Below, piece by piece: positions 39,501-49,200 of a DNA stretch of 64,000 bases. This DNA is from Tubiluchus corallicola (lineage: Eukaryota; Animalia; Priapulida): NCBI GenBank assembly GCA_030141605.1, contig JAQGDQ010000013.1, positions 262,447 through 326,446 on the forward strand. Reading direction: 5' to 3'. The position numbers and the translations under genes are program-made. Each line of letters starts with the position of its first letter. Within the stretch, counting starts at the first letter, position 1. A model generated the notes under the pieces. The model was not told the origin of the DNA and did no database searches. It saw only the letters and a list, made by a program, of their open reading frames with translations.

Positions 39501-39608
39501 AAGCATTTTATTTCAATTAAATGTCTTTTACGGGCACTGCGAGTTTTCAAAAATATGATCAAAAATTAACGAAAAAAAACATAACAAACCTTGCTGACTG
39601 TCCTCCAT
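12587..39608 (-). CDS. MARCHF6: E3 ubiquitin-protein ligase MARCHF6 (TEB4/Doa10), 22 coding exons, ~881 aa
   Basis: Exons (minus strand): 39608-39590, 37529-37433, 37068-36995, 36499-36283, 36110-35960, 35402-35270, 34542-34448, 34054-34003, 33803-33745, 32149-32040, 29857-29743, 28654-28451, 28033-27882, 26992-26809, 26155-26000, 25814-25745, 24878-24697, 18620-18486, 18114-18025, 17506-17374, 14045-13910, 12668-12587. All are GT-AG and frame-consistent (2646 nt). N-terminal RING-CH ([51 protein letters not shown]), TD-domain GWWLDICSL and [19 protein letters not shown], and C-terminal [16 protein letters not shown]. Confidence 0.96.
15810..16990 (+). mobile_element. Decayed, 5'-truncated non-LTR retrotransposon (CR1/L2-group-like ORF2 reverse transcriptase fragment)
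   Basis: RT motifs are spread over shifting frames: [42 protein letters not shown]. Frameshifts, deletions and stops are present. It lies in MARCHF6 intron 20. Confidence 0.85.
16390..16538. repeat. ~74-bp direct tandem duplication inside the LINE fragment
   Basis: ataattcgtccacgcaaaactgagaaatacata...ggagataatag.gatgatat.gatattattaggca starts at 16390 and again at 16464. Confidence 0.85.
19597..19610. promoter_or_regulatory. RFX X-box upstream of the IR25a-like gene
   Basis: GTTTCCATGGCAAC matches the RFX/DAF-19 consensus GTTNCCATGGNAAC exactly and ends 167 bp upstream of the ATG at 19777. A CCAAT lies at 19543-19547. Confidence 0.65.
19777..22479 (+). CDS. Ir25a: Ionotropic receptor 25a-like co-receptor (iGluR family), intronless 900-aa ORF, nested antisense in MARCHF6 intron 17
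   Basis: Signal peptide, amino-terminal domain, S1 ([15 protein letters not shown]), M1, [12 protein letters not shown], pore [22 protein letters not shown]3 [12 protein letters not shown], the IR25a-type co-receptor extra loop [24 protein letters not shown]...[16 protein letters not shown]2 and M4. AATAAA at 23027-23032. Confidence 0.9.
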   Translation: MGIKAMLAILMLISSRHQVTAIRIILSNRNSSPFTDPLLKTLSSFLTNEIGEIVNITTTNLEAELQNGLCNERSASPSAVVDISRNSDLYKMASSTAKEFEVPFVSYQPEEECSEEAEIAENLEVISSLPGEPVEVKMQSPPDTSINAIMDIIDNEGLDNAAMFFDSEIVSTDAVYNELVAQLQIPYIFQEIVDSHSITKEQFVMVKESAIENIFVVSRIKEANRLIHTGQEFRMLLSNGFRWYVITFGEGTLTPSVDLDYNYNTTVVHIKPIKAQQMLHMRMAKELEAQRILVTDDPQYIWYTDLLTHTTRVVRQLNRENKLAQNRSNECKTKHSTSAEFGKLQTSDLVRAFEDVNSRDLAYGLFQCLPNATCSQDTPFELYRVSLKFGKQKSRYKSLGIWSVSAGLRKTSNNSLLTITGKRFYKITTDIDAKPFMMLKPNVNVNSTGNDAYIGFCKDMIDLMAAEMNFNYYLYVPDDGEVGRQYDNGTWTGMVQELIVQNADMAVSPFSVVAEREAVIDYTAPFFEQVGILISMKAPYYDNSLLKFANVLEGKVWICIVVALFGTSIILCVFDTYSPYSYQNNKEKYVNDNEKRIFTLKESMWFCMTSLTPQGGGEVPKNLSGKFVAGTWWIFGFVILASYTANLAAFLTVQRFDASVKSLDDLVKQHDVSYSALQGSSSKLYFERMKDIEYKFYEIWKDMSLNISADPAQKAKFAVWEYPLSEKYTRIWNNMVKTGFQNTDEEGFAQVRASEQGKFAYMEDATIVNYMAETNCDLIAVGEQFSKKPYAIGVSKGSPLKEELSNAILKLQSERKLEELKRKWWKEKSTYCPSKDNQNNGVTFWSIRGVFLIVPIGIVLSLIALSFEHCRERPKLKTTAIQPISIKVKEPSQDVKIIRY
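23848..23880. repeat. Perfect 16-bp inverted repeat with a 1-nt spacer
   Basis: TACTGCTAATTAGAAA-G-TTTCTAATTAGCAGTA. Confidence 0.85.
25556..25580. repeat. (GA)n microsatellite in a purine-rich tract
   Basis: agagagagagagagagagagac. Confidence 0.85.
30250..30330 (-). mobile_element. Partial inverted copy of the pogo/Tigger-like MITE end found at 39040-39108
   Basis: cagtaagttttcgcttaatgacgttaatgcattccagcaaaat matches the reverse complement of 39066-39108 (cagtaagtcctcgcttaacgacgctaatgcgttccagcaaaat). Confidence 0.65.
30523..30645. repeat. ~61-bp direct tandem duplication
   Basis: ttcaaattttaga...aactgt.cattctagtttctagacaaa.atgggtatagatttt occurs twice. Confidence 0.85.
31375..31630. repeat. 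Interspersed repeat, copy A (homologous to ~62135-62440)
   Basis: Shared colinear blocks: tctgggaagt.a.gctt, aaaagtgtg.taag, atgatcatttca..ctt, ccattt.gaatg.ccatt.ttccacca, attc.tctgctgaagaaaa, actgtcaattt. Confidence 0.7.
35466..35498 (-). other. Candidate frame-preserving MARCHF6 microexon (33 nt [11 protein letters not shown], or 27 nt VDNATSVLS)
   Basis: On the minus strand it reads ...ttctgaaag|GAACAG GTGGACAATGCAACTAGTGTATTATCC|gtaagc. Phase 0-0, inside the phase-0 intron between exons 5 and 6. Confidence 0.45.
36557..36660. repeat. ~51-bp direct tandem duplication
   Basis: aaatt.ttgtattatgcaaagta.tctaat.ttaaca.tactaaacttgt occurs twice. Confidence 0.85.
38376..39108. mobile_element. 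Non-autonomous Tc1/mariner-superfamily (pogo/Tigger-like) element, ~730 bp
   Basis: TIRs CAGCAAGTCTCTAGCTTAACGAC ... GTCGTTAAGCGAGGACTTACTG, flanked by TA on both sides (38374-38375 and 39109-39110). It lies in MARCHF6 intron 1. Confidence 0.8.
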
Positions 39609-40413
39609 GATTGAACTACCCTTTAATTTACGAGTGTCTGTGTGAAAAATATAATATTGTTTCATATCACATTTTTAAAATTTATAATAGCTACATTCGC
39701 ATCTACACAGCTTGCACTGGCACTTTCCATAATCTAAATTGGTAACAGTATGTTTTCGTTCCTTGTTTTTATGTTTTGCTTTTTAATGCCTAACCTTTCG
39801 GTAGCGCCATCGCCATGTAGCAGCCGATTTCACAACACAGAAACGTGGGTTAAGGGTGACAAAATTAATGTGGAAGTAATTAATAAGTAGGATAAAAAAT
39901 GCACAAACTAGCTAACTAACTAAATCATAGGTAGTTAGTAAGTTAGTCAGTATATGGTCAGGTGGTCAGTCAGTCAAATAGTTAACCACGCAAAGTAGTA
40001 ATTATAGTTAATTAGATGAGTCTGTGCATAAAATTTTTTCTTCCGCATATATACAAAAAGATTTTATCAAGAAATGTATGCAGACCAAGTTGAAATTTCG
40101 TCTGTGTGTGGCAGTTTCGAGTTCATATTCAATATCTGTATTCGGTATTGGAAAATATTTAATTATGATGCGTTTGCAATTAAAAACAAACAACGTGACT
40201 GATTATATATACGCCTTATAGTAACACTAGTATATAAAACCAAATTCATTTTGTTATTTTCAGCACAATATTAAAATATAATTCTATTTCATGAATTAAG
40301 TTGAGATAATATGTGTGCTTACGATATTTAGTACTATTCCAAGCAAGTTGCAGATGTTCCCATCTCTTCCGAAAAAAATGGAACGTAAATGGCAGTTTTT
40401 TAATAAGATTTCA

Positions 40414-41125
40414 CTATTCTAAAATCAAAATAATGTTCTGGCGTTTGAATAGATACATTATTACATGATAACAATCACTATTGTTTCCCCAACTGTATAG
40501 AAAAAAAGAGTATGTGCCTCTTATCAACAACATATTTAGTATCATCGTTTCTACATCGTAGTTATGATTCTCTAACTGAAGGTTTAGAGGTAACAATGTG
40601 GGTAAAATAACATCTGCCGATATACCATCAATCTGACATAAATATTGAAACTTTCATTGCACTTGATCTATTTTTTACAATTTTTTCTATGTCTAATTTG
40701 TTATAAGTAAAATATTCACAAGACATGTCACTTAACACCGCCTTCCTCGAATTACTTTTCTTAATAAACTTTAGAGAAGATTTTGTAGTAGCTAAGTGTG
40801 ACTTCATAATATGCAGGTTATGGTAGTTTTGCCGAATTGCTTCACAAATACTTATTTTATTTTTAAGTTGGTCTGTCCCTGGTTGACTCATAGCTTTCAT
40901 CGTAAACTTGGTAACAATGTTATCAAAGACTGTATGAAATGGCGAGAACCCACAAATACATTCCATATCCATTTTACATAGATTACACATACACTCTGCG
41001 ACAGATCTTGTGACGTCATACACAGGCCATCGAAATTCGAAATAAATCATCCAGCAAATTGATCCATAAAACATGCTTGGTATTACCACAATCTCATATA
41101 ACCTCAGTGTCGTAGCCATTTTCAT
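40414..41125 (-). mobile_element. Decayed LINE 3' fragment (post-RT C-terminal part of ORF2)
   Basis: LRLYEIVVIPSMFYGSICW resembles the LY..LV.P.L.YG.E.W motif that follows non-LTR RT domains. The downstream LENHNYDVET resembles the NH.L.IETGR motif. The frames are disrupted. Confidence 0.55.
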
Positions 41126-41180
41126 ACCCTTTTTTGTAAAAACAATTTTCTTTATTTTGTACCGTTTGCTCCTGAATACC

Positions 41181-41272
41181 AGAGAGAGAGAGATAGAGAA
41201 AGAGAGAGAGAGAGAGTGAGAGAGAGAGAGAGAGAGGGGGGAGGGAGGGAGAGAGAGAGAGAGGGAGGAGAT
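41181..41272. repeat. Interrupted (GA)n/polypurine microsatellite
   Basis: About 90 bp of nearly pure GA/GGA repeat. Confidence 0.9.
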
Positions 41273-43228
41273 ATGGAAAAAGTGTAGACTGTGGTCATGT
41301 GAGCGCCTGTGATGAGAATTTCGTTCAGCTCACATAATAACGTAAAGTAAATGAGACCCATTTTCAAAACTCATTTTTCTCATTTGTATTGCACTATTAC
41401 TGCTATTTGCATGCCCATCAATTCAAAAATTGTTTTCGCATTTCAAACTTAGCAATCACAAAGCCCCTGAACAAATCTGTATTTATGTGTGCATTATACA
41501 TATGCTTTATACAGACACTTTTTACATAAACGGATTTGCATGTATGCACAAATATGTATGCTATGAGAAAATATAAAATTTTGAACCTATTATCATATAC
41601 CTATTGAGTCAGTGACTCACTTAGTCGCCCACTCGCTCTGTAACCACATTAATAATTAACCTAGAATGAGAAGAGTTGGCGAGCTTGGCAGTTTGGCAGG
41701 ATGGGATGTTATTCAGTGGAGTGTACAAGGATAGTGGAGATGGAGGGGGCAGTTTCAATATGTGTCATTAGGAGGAGAATATCATCAGTGGTTTATGGCG
41801 GTCTATAGAGAGAATTCCAAAATTTTGTGCGGCTCTGCTTGGCAAATCTCCCACTGAGTAAATTTAGTCATAAGATTTAGTGTGCCTTAAAAAGATTTAT
41901 AATAACTTTAACTAATTTATTGTTTAAGAATAATTAAACTGATATTGATGAAGTAGGCCCTGCCAAGTGAGTATGCTGGAATCTTCTAGCTTCTTGCTTA
42001 GTTTTCAGGTGTGTAACTGTGTAAAAAGTGAAAAATTGTAGAGCCATAACAAAATTGCTTCAATCCAGCAGTGGTTTAGGGAGGGTTGCCAGTGTGCGAG
42101 GTTTAGGAAACTCAAAGTTCGTACTTTAGCATTTCATTCCACTACTACTAGATACTTGTACATTGCAGTATTAAGATTAACTCCCAGCATTTGTACTGCA
42201 TTTTAGTAAATTACAGATGTAACTCAGTTTTGTTTGGCTTTTTCATGTTTTACCCAATGGGCACATGGTATTTGTTATAGAAGTCACGCAGACATTATAT
42301 TTAAGTCAGAATATGGCGCCTTCTGATAGATCAGAATACCGTCTGAACACAACTGTGAAATATTTGAAAGATCTTCTTGCTAATTTCAATGCAGTTTGTT
42401 AATGATATTTTCTCTGTCTAAAAAATTAAGCAGGTTAGACAATAATAAGTAGCCTTTCTAAAAGCACAGTGTTTAGTATTGATGAAGGAGACGATTTCTG
42501 AAAACAATATTCAGAATTTGGGCAGCTTGTTAGATATCGAAACTGACATACATTGAAAATCTAATCTCATACGGGTTTTAAAAACAGCTCTTGAAGCTAA
42601 ACCTTGAATCTTATCTAGTTTAGGATAGAACCAGTAACTTTGTGTTATGCAGATTTATGCACTATGAAAATAAAACAAAAGGAAATACATGTCATAATGT
42701 AGGTGTGTGCCAAAGATGACTCTGTACGAAGTGTTATTAAACTATCAAATGACTCCAAAAAATGTTTTGTGCCTTTTAATGACAAACAAAAAGGCTGCAT
42801 TGACTTGATCATGTGTTAAGACTGCATGGCATGGGTACTCTTTGCTTTCTGTAGTTTAACTTAAAGCTCTTAGACTTAAACCCACAGAAAAGAGACAAGA
42901 CTTAGAGGGATTGAACTACTAACATGTATTATAGATTTATTAAAATATATTAAACTTCTGCAGTTCTAGGGTTTAGTTTAGTTAGCTTCGTTAGGCAGAA
43001 TGTTTAGTGTTTTAGGATGATCTCACACAGTAAGGACAGTGATGGGGAACTTGTAAACTCTCAGGTAGTCTTTTAAATTTATGCTATAATAATTGCTGTC
43101 GGTAGATCCATTGGAGTCTCTTTGCACTATGAGTTTAAAAGCTTTGAATTTTTGTAGTGAATAATTACAGTGATATTTGTGTGTATCTAAATAATGTACC
43201 ATTTCAGGTTTTGATTTTCTTTCAAAAG

Positions 43229-46200
43229 ATGGAGTTGTCACATGAATCCCTGGCAGTCAGTTTTAAAAATTTGAGAGTTCACAGACTTGCAGTGAACTCT
43301 GCTCAGTTTTGCTCTCATGACAAGTATGTGCTTAGTGCTTCTACGGATAAGTCATTGATGCTGTCAAAAGTCAATGAAATGCGTCCAATTCACAAGTACA
43401 ATGGACACGAGGGATCAGTCACTTGTTGCCGTGCAAGCAAGGATGCAAAGAAGTATAATGTTATAATGTAGTCTGTGGGTGCATCTAAGAAGCTTTTCAG
43501 AAGTTTCCAGTTGTTACGCCCCTTTTATTTATCCATATTTATGCTACATCTTTTACATTTTTAAGTATCAGTCTTGGCAGTTTTGAGCCAGATTATTTCA
43601 ACTTCAAAAAATGAGTTAGCTGTATGTGTCACATTTTGCAAAAATGAAGTAATTTTTTTGGACAAACTTTTTTTATCTTGGCATGTTAACTAATGAGTTC
43701 TCTAACCTTAGTATATTAACTCTTTCAATCTTTAATGTTATTCTGTGTTTTTCTAAAAAGTGATGACACAAAGTGAGTCAAAGTTTGTAAAGCTATTGTA
43801 ATTGGCTTATAGCCATTTATTAAGTTGATTGTTTAATTTTTACTTGTGTCAAAATAGCCTAATTTTGTTGAATTTTATTGTGTAGAATGATGTAGTCAAG
43901 AAGTTTGAAGTGACATTCTTCTACATCTTTAGAAGACATTTTTTGATTGTTTTTTTAGTTGTTGCACTGGTTTGTTGTTGTACTTTGGCCTTATTATAAC
44001 TTTTTGCAATCAAATTTCATCATTGCCATAACTCTAAATCATTTTTGGTGGCGAGAGGACTTTTTACCAGTGTTGAATGTTGTGGCTTTTAAGAACTTAT
44101 AATTGGAAGTAATTGCTATTTTGCTATTAAACCATGGAAAATATGATTCCTTATTTTATAAAAGTGTGAAAAGTAACCCAGTATACTCAGGGGAAGTTTC
44201 ATGTTTTTTTATAATTGTGTGCATGCGTGTGCAACTGTATGTCTAAGAATAATTATAATTAAATATTTATGCTGTAAATGAGTTTGACACTGTGGAAACT
44301 AATTTTACATGTTTATAGGTTTGTTTCCGGATCACGGGACAAATCTATTTGCATGTGGGATACAGAAACCGGAGAAATACTTGTAAGTGGGCTGTTCATT
44401 TGATTTGCCTTTAGTTTAATATAATAATTATGGTTTAGGCCGACTTAGGTTTTTAAAATTTGTTAAAAGAAAGCAGCTAGCACAGTAATGCTGGCATGAT
44501 AGCATTCACGGGTTACAAAATTGTACTTTCTATGAGTCACCACTGGCTATAAACATATAATTATTATTTTTTCATTATTAATTTATCAGACTTGTTGAGA
44601 AGAAGCAAGATAGTGTGGAAAATATTCTTAAATTGCATGTTTAGTTAAAACTTAAATTTAGTTGTAACTGATATAGTAAAAATGAACATTTATTATATTT
44701 TGTACCAATATTCTCACTGTGGCATAGCCACTCAAGAGTCAAAACGTAGCCTGATTATCTTAAAAGTTTTTATTTAACAGTGGCGCAGTTGTCATAAAAC
44801 CCTTGTGACGTGTTGTGATTTTCACTCTGAGGATGGAATCGTTGTGTCTGGATCAGATCAAGATCACAGCCTTTGCATCTGGGATGCAACTGTTGGAACT
44901 TTAATTAAAAACATCGAAGGTAATACATAGCTGCTATTTTCAGTTATAATGCAATAAACTTTTGAACATGATAGTGTTCAATAAATCTGACTATTAAAAG
45001 TTTTTTTCTGATCTGCTTATACAGTAACAATAATAGTTATTACTAACTGCACATGTCTACTGTTAACTAAATGTGTACCAGTACTCATAATTTTTATTTA
45101 AATGGGTATAATTAGGCACATACAGTACAAAAACAAGTTGAAGAATATTTTATTAAATGTGTAGTTTTAGGCGGACCTGCACAGCACACACTAACACTTT
45201 TGCAAGCCGAAAGAGTTAATTGAGTGCTATTAGTCTTTACACAGATCTGTATGCGAACACTATAACAAGCTATAATTGAGATATTGCATATTAAATGTGT
45301 ACTGTTAGTTTTTACACAGATAGATCTTCATACACGTAATAACAAGTTGTAATACAGATTATTTATTAAGTGTGTACTGTTAGTCTTCACACAGATCTAC
45401 ATACTTGCACAATAACAAACTATAATTAAAAGTAATTAAATATGTTCTCTTGCTCTTTACATGGATCTACACATTCAGTAAGCCCTAATTAAAAGTCCTT
45501 ATTAACTGTGCTGCAAACTGCTGTAATAGAGAGTAGTGGAGTTTTTACTGTTTATTAAATGTGTACTGTTAGTTTTTGCGCAGATCTTCACACTAATTCT
45601 ATAACAAGCTGTAAGATTGCTCCTGGCAAGAAACGGATTTGTACAACTTCGATGGACGGAACTGCTAAGTTTTGGGATTTAGTGTCTAATCAGAATACAA
45701 TCTCTCTTAGGTAACAACATGGTTTTTTTGCAGGACTGTCTGATATTGTAAATTTCAGTCAATTCACAGATGGTACAGCATTAATTTATCATTTTGTTTC
45801 AATTGCATTTTCCTGGGCCACTTATGCTAGCAGAAAAGGTTTAGTTATGAGTGAAAAGAAATAGTTAACAACTCTTGTTTTGTTTTTTCAAGTCTAGAAT
45901 AAATAAATCCAAATGTTTACTTTAAGTATTAGTGAGTTTGTCAAGCTGCTTCCATTTATTGCAATAACTACCTTATTGACAGAGTTAAAATATAGTATTA
46001 TAAGATCACTTTGCACTGTGCCTTATTGCCTTCCTCAGCTCTATCCTTTACAAATTTTCTTACTGGATGGAGTCGAATTGGTTTATTTAAATGGTTGTAT
46101 TTCCCTTTTTCTCTTAATTCAATTCTATACTGTTTTACTACTATTTGTTTAACATTATTTATTTTAGTTATGGTCAGTTTTTTGTTATGTGTTTGGCAAT

Positions 46201-49200
46201 TTGGCACAATAAACTAGCTAACTTTTGTTACTAGTCAGGCCTTTCCAGAAGCTGCTTACTAAAATGCTTTTATATGCTGAGGGACACTTTCAAAAATTTC
46301 AGTTCCATGGACCATGTATGTTTTTATTATACCCTGATATGAAAAGGTCATTTTACAGCCTTGAATACTGAATACCACATGAATAAAAACCAAACATTAA
46401 AAATAATTTCGTAGAGTGACTAGGACGTCATGCATAGGCTATCTATCTATCTGCTATCTATATAGGCTATCTATATATATCTTTTGCAAACTGCAAATGT
46501 TTTGCTCTTAATATGGGAAAGGAAAGTTGCATTATAATTGTAATGAAAACTTGCAGTGAGTCTATGTGTGGGGGCAATCATGTTTGCTGTCTTTCAGGTA
46601 TTATGTAGACAGGCTTACAGGCTGAGATAATAGCATTCCGACAAATATCAGATAGTGGGTACAACTTGGGGTTGGCACATAGATAAATTGAAACTAATAT
46701 ATGGCAGAACAAATTTCACTTTTTACTTAGAAATGACCTTGACCTGGTAGGAGTTTTGTCATGTTGTGACTTTCATCCAGAAGAAAAATGGTTGTCCACA
46801 GCTTCATGGGATCAAACTGTTGCACTCTGGGATGTAGATGGAGGTGGCTACAGGTGACGTATTTATGAGTGGTTGCAAAAGCAACCCGAATATTCTGAAT
46901 TAAAAGCTAGTGAGCCATTATCTACTTACTCAGTAGCATTTCGTAGCCAATTTTAAGATTTGTGTTTTAGGATGGCTTGTGTGGTTGGTATTCTTTATAC
47001 CTTTTTTAATTTGAAGATATGTTATAAGAATAACATTAGTTTTGAACCAAGAAAATTTACGATTGTATCTGTCATTTTTCATAAATTGCATACTAATGAT
47101 AACATAATTAAGTATTCTGATAAAGCTGAGAATCAATAAAATTTCGAGATAGTAAATTGAAATTTGTTTTAATTGTGATTTATTACTAATGTGGTTAGTT
47201 TTTCTTTTATTTATGACAGCTGGCAGGCGGTTTTAGCGAAGGGAAAGTTTTTTAAGTTTTTAGTTTTGAGTTCCTGTTTAAGACTCAGTGTATTCCAAAA
47301 ACCGTTTTCAACACCAATTTGCTGGTGTATGTAGTTTAAGTCTGAAGTTCATCTTAGTATCTTTCTTAAACAGTATTAGTCTTCTATTTTGTATACTTTT
47401 CAGAAATGAGGGTCCAGTAATTTTAAATGCTGGGCATGAAGGTATTGTCAGCACCTGTGCATTTAGCAATGATGGTAAGTTTAGTACCATAGCAAAATAA
47501 TTTAAAAAAATTAAATGAACATCAATGTATAATTTTACAGGTCATCCACACAGCTACTCAGAACACTGTCAGTGTTGAGAATAACATTCAAATTTCACTG
47601 TCAATGTGAATGAGTTTGATGATATCAAGTTGGTTTTCATTTTTGTCAGTGTCAATTGTCATTTTCGGGCAGTACAGCCTGTAATAATGTGAGCTGGCAA
47701 TTCAGAAGCCTTTTTTCAGCAGGTGCCATACACGAACTGTCACTAAAAACGAAGAATTAACAAACAGCATCTGTATTTTGTAAGTGCTTGCACCGATGTA
47801 GAAATATTTGTGTACGATTGTATGAAAATAACGTTAGTAGGTATTTTTATACAGTTGTACACTGTACAGGATATATATGGGTACTTGGTTCATACTCTGG
47901 CAGCTAACATGTAAAGTGAAGTCCAAGACAATCTACTCTTTCTGCATTAGGGGTGAAAATTTGTCCAGCAGGTTGTTGAATATCCGAATATAATTAAAAG
48001 TCGTTTGCATTTAGTCAACCAATTTTTATGCAATAGTTATTTTTCTTTAATTTTGTTTTCCTTGTGCAACACATTCTAAAACAAAACTTGTTTTCATACA
48101 AAACCGTTTTGATGTTTTTTGCAGAACTGAAGCAAACACCAACAAATAGTTTTGTACAAAGCAACCGTCCTTAACAAAACTGTCAAGACAACAATCATAT
48201 TAGGGTTTCATGTGAAAATTTTTTTTAGGAAATAAATTGGTATCAGGTAGCCGTGATCGCACTGTTACAATATGGGAACCGAGATTACAGGCTATTAGAC
48301 GCAATTTTAAGGTAACTGACATTAAACAGTGCACATTTTTATGTGTAATATACATTTCATGGTCTCATTTTTGGATTTATTTTCTAAATTCACGATTAAT
48401 CGAAGCCTACAATTTTTCGAATAGTTGAGTTGGTGGTACAATGATTTGGGATCAGGGCATTCAAGTTCTGAAATAAATTGAACAGCTCGTGGTTATCAGT
48501 CTGAGCTGCACCACCGATTTGCTTTTGTTCCCCAAAGGATGTATGAAGTGAATAGCTGAAAGCTCACTGCTTCACGTGTTTGTGCTTTGTGACTGTAGTT
48601 GAACCATGCTTTGGCTGGTCAGTGGGTTCAATTTTATATGATGGTCTCGTTTGCCATACTGATACCGGCTGTTTGCCTCCCTGAGTCCCCGAGGGAGGAT
48701 GTGCAGTCAAACCTCTTTATATTGCCTATTTTAGTACTACTAGTTAAAAAGTTGGCATTATAACGGGTTGCATTAATACATGCATGTCTAAGCAAATATA
48801 GGAATCTTGCTTTGGCCAAAAATTTGGGAATAAAACGAGGTTGGCATTATAAGGGGGGGGGGGGGTAGCATCATAATGAGGTTTGGCTATAAATCCTGAG
48901 GTTTGTATACAAATCTGAATGTGGCTAATATTTTTTTGCTGGTTCAGTGGGTCTTCTACTTATATTTTACTAGCTTAGATGATTATTCCAACTTGCTGTG
49001 TGCTGAAGTGTAAAAAATTAGTATCTGCAGTTGCGATTGTTATTTGTCTGTCAGCGTAACAATCTAAACTGCTGCATTTCCTACTGAAGCAATGTATTAT
49101 AACTATATAGTTTTTCTGAGAGTGAGAACATATTGTATGAATAACAATAACTAGGAATAACATAGTTAAATCAACTTTGTTTTTATAAGCATCTTTGTGT

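Noticed and set aside
40628-41125. 165-aa ORF as a novel gene between MARCHF6 and WDR88
   Set aside because: It resembles the post-RT region of LINE ORF2 and continues in broken frames, so it is treated as a transposon remnant.
45150-45620. CRISPR-like repeat-spacer array
   Set aside because: The context is a eukaryotic intron, the units are degenerate along their whole length and homologous to the adjacent splice junction, and there are no cas genes.
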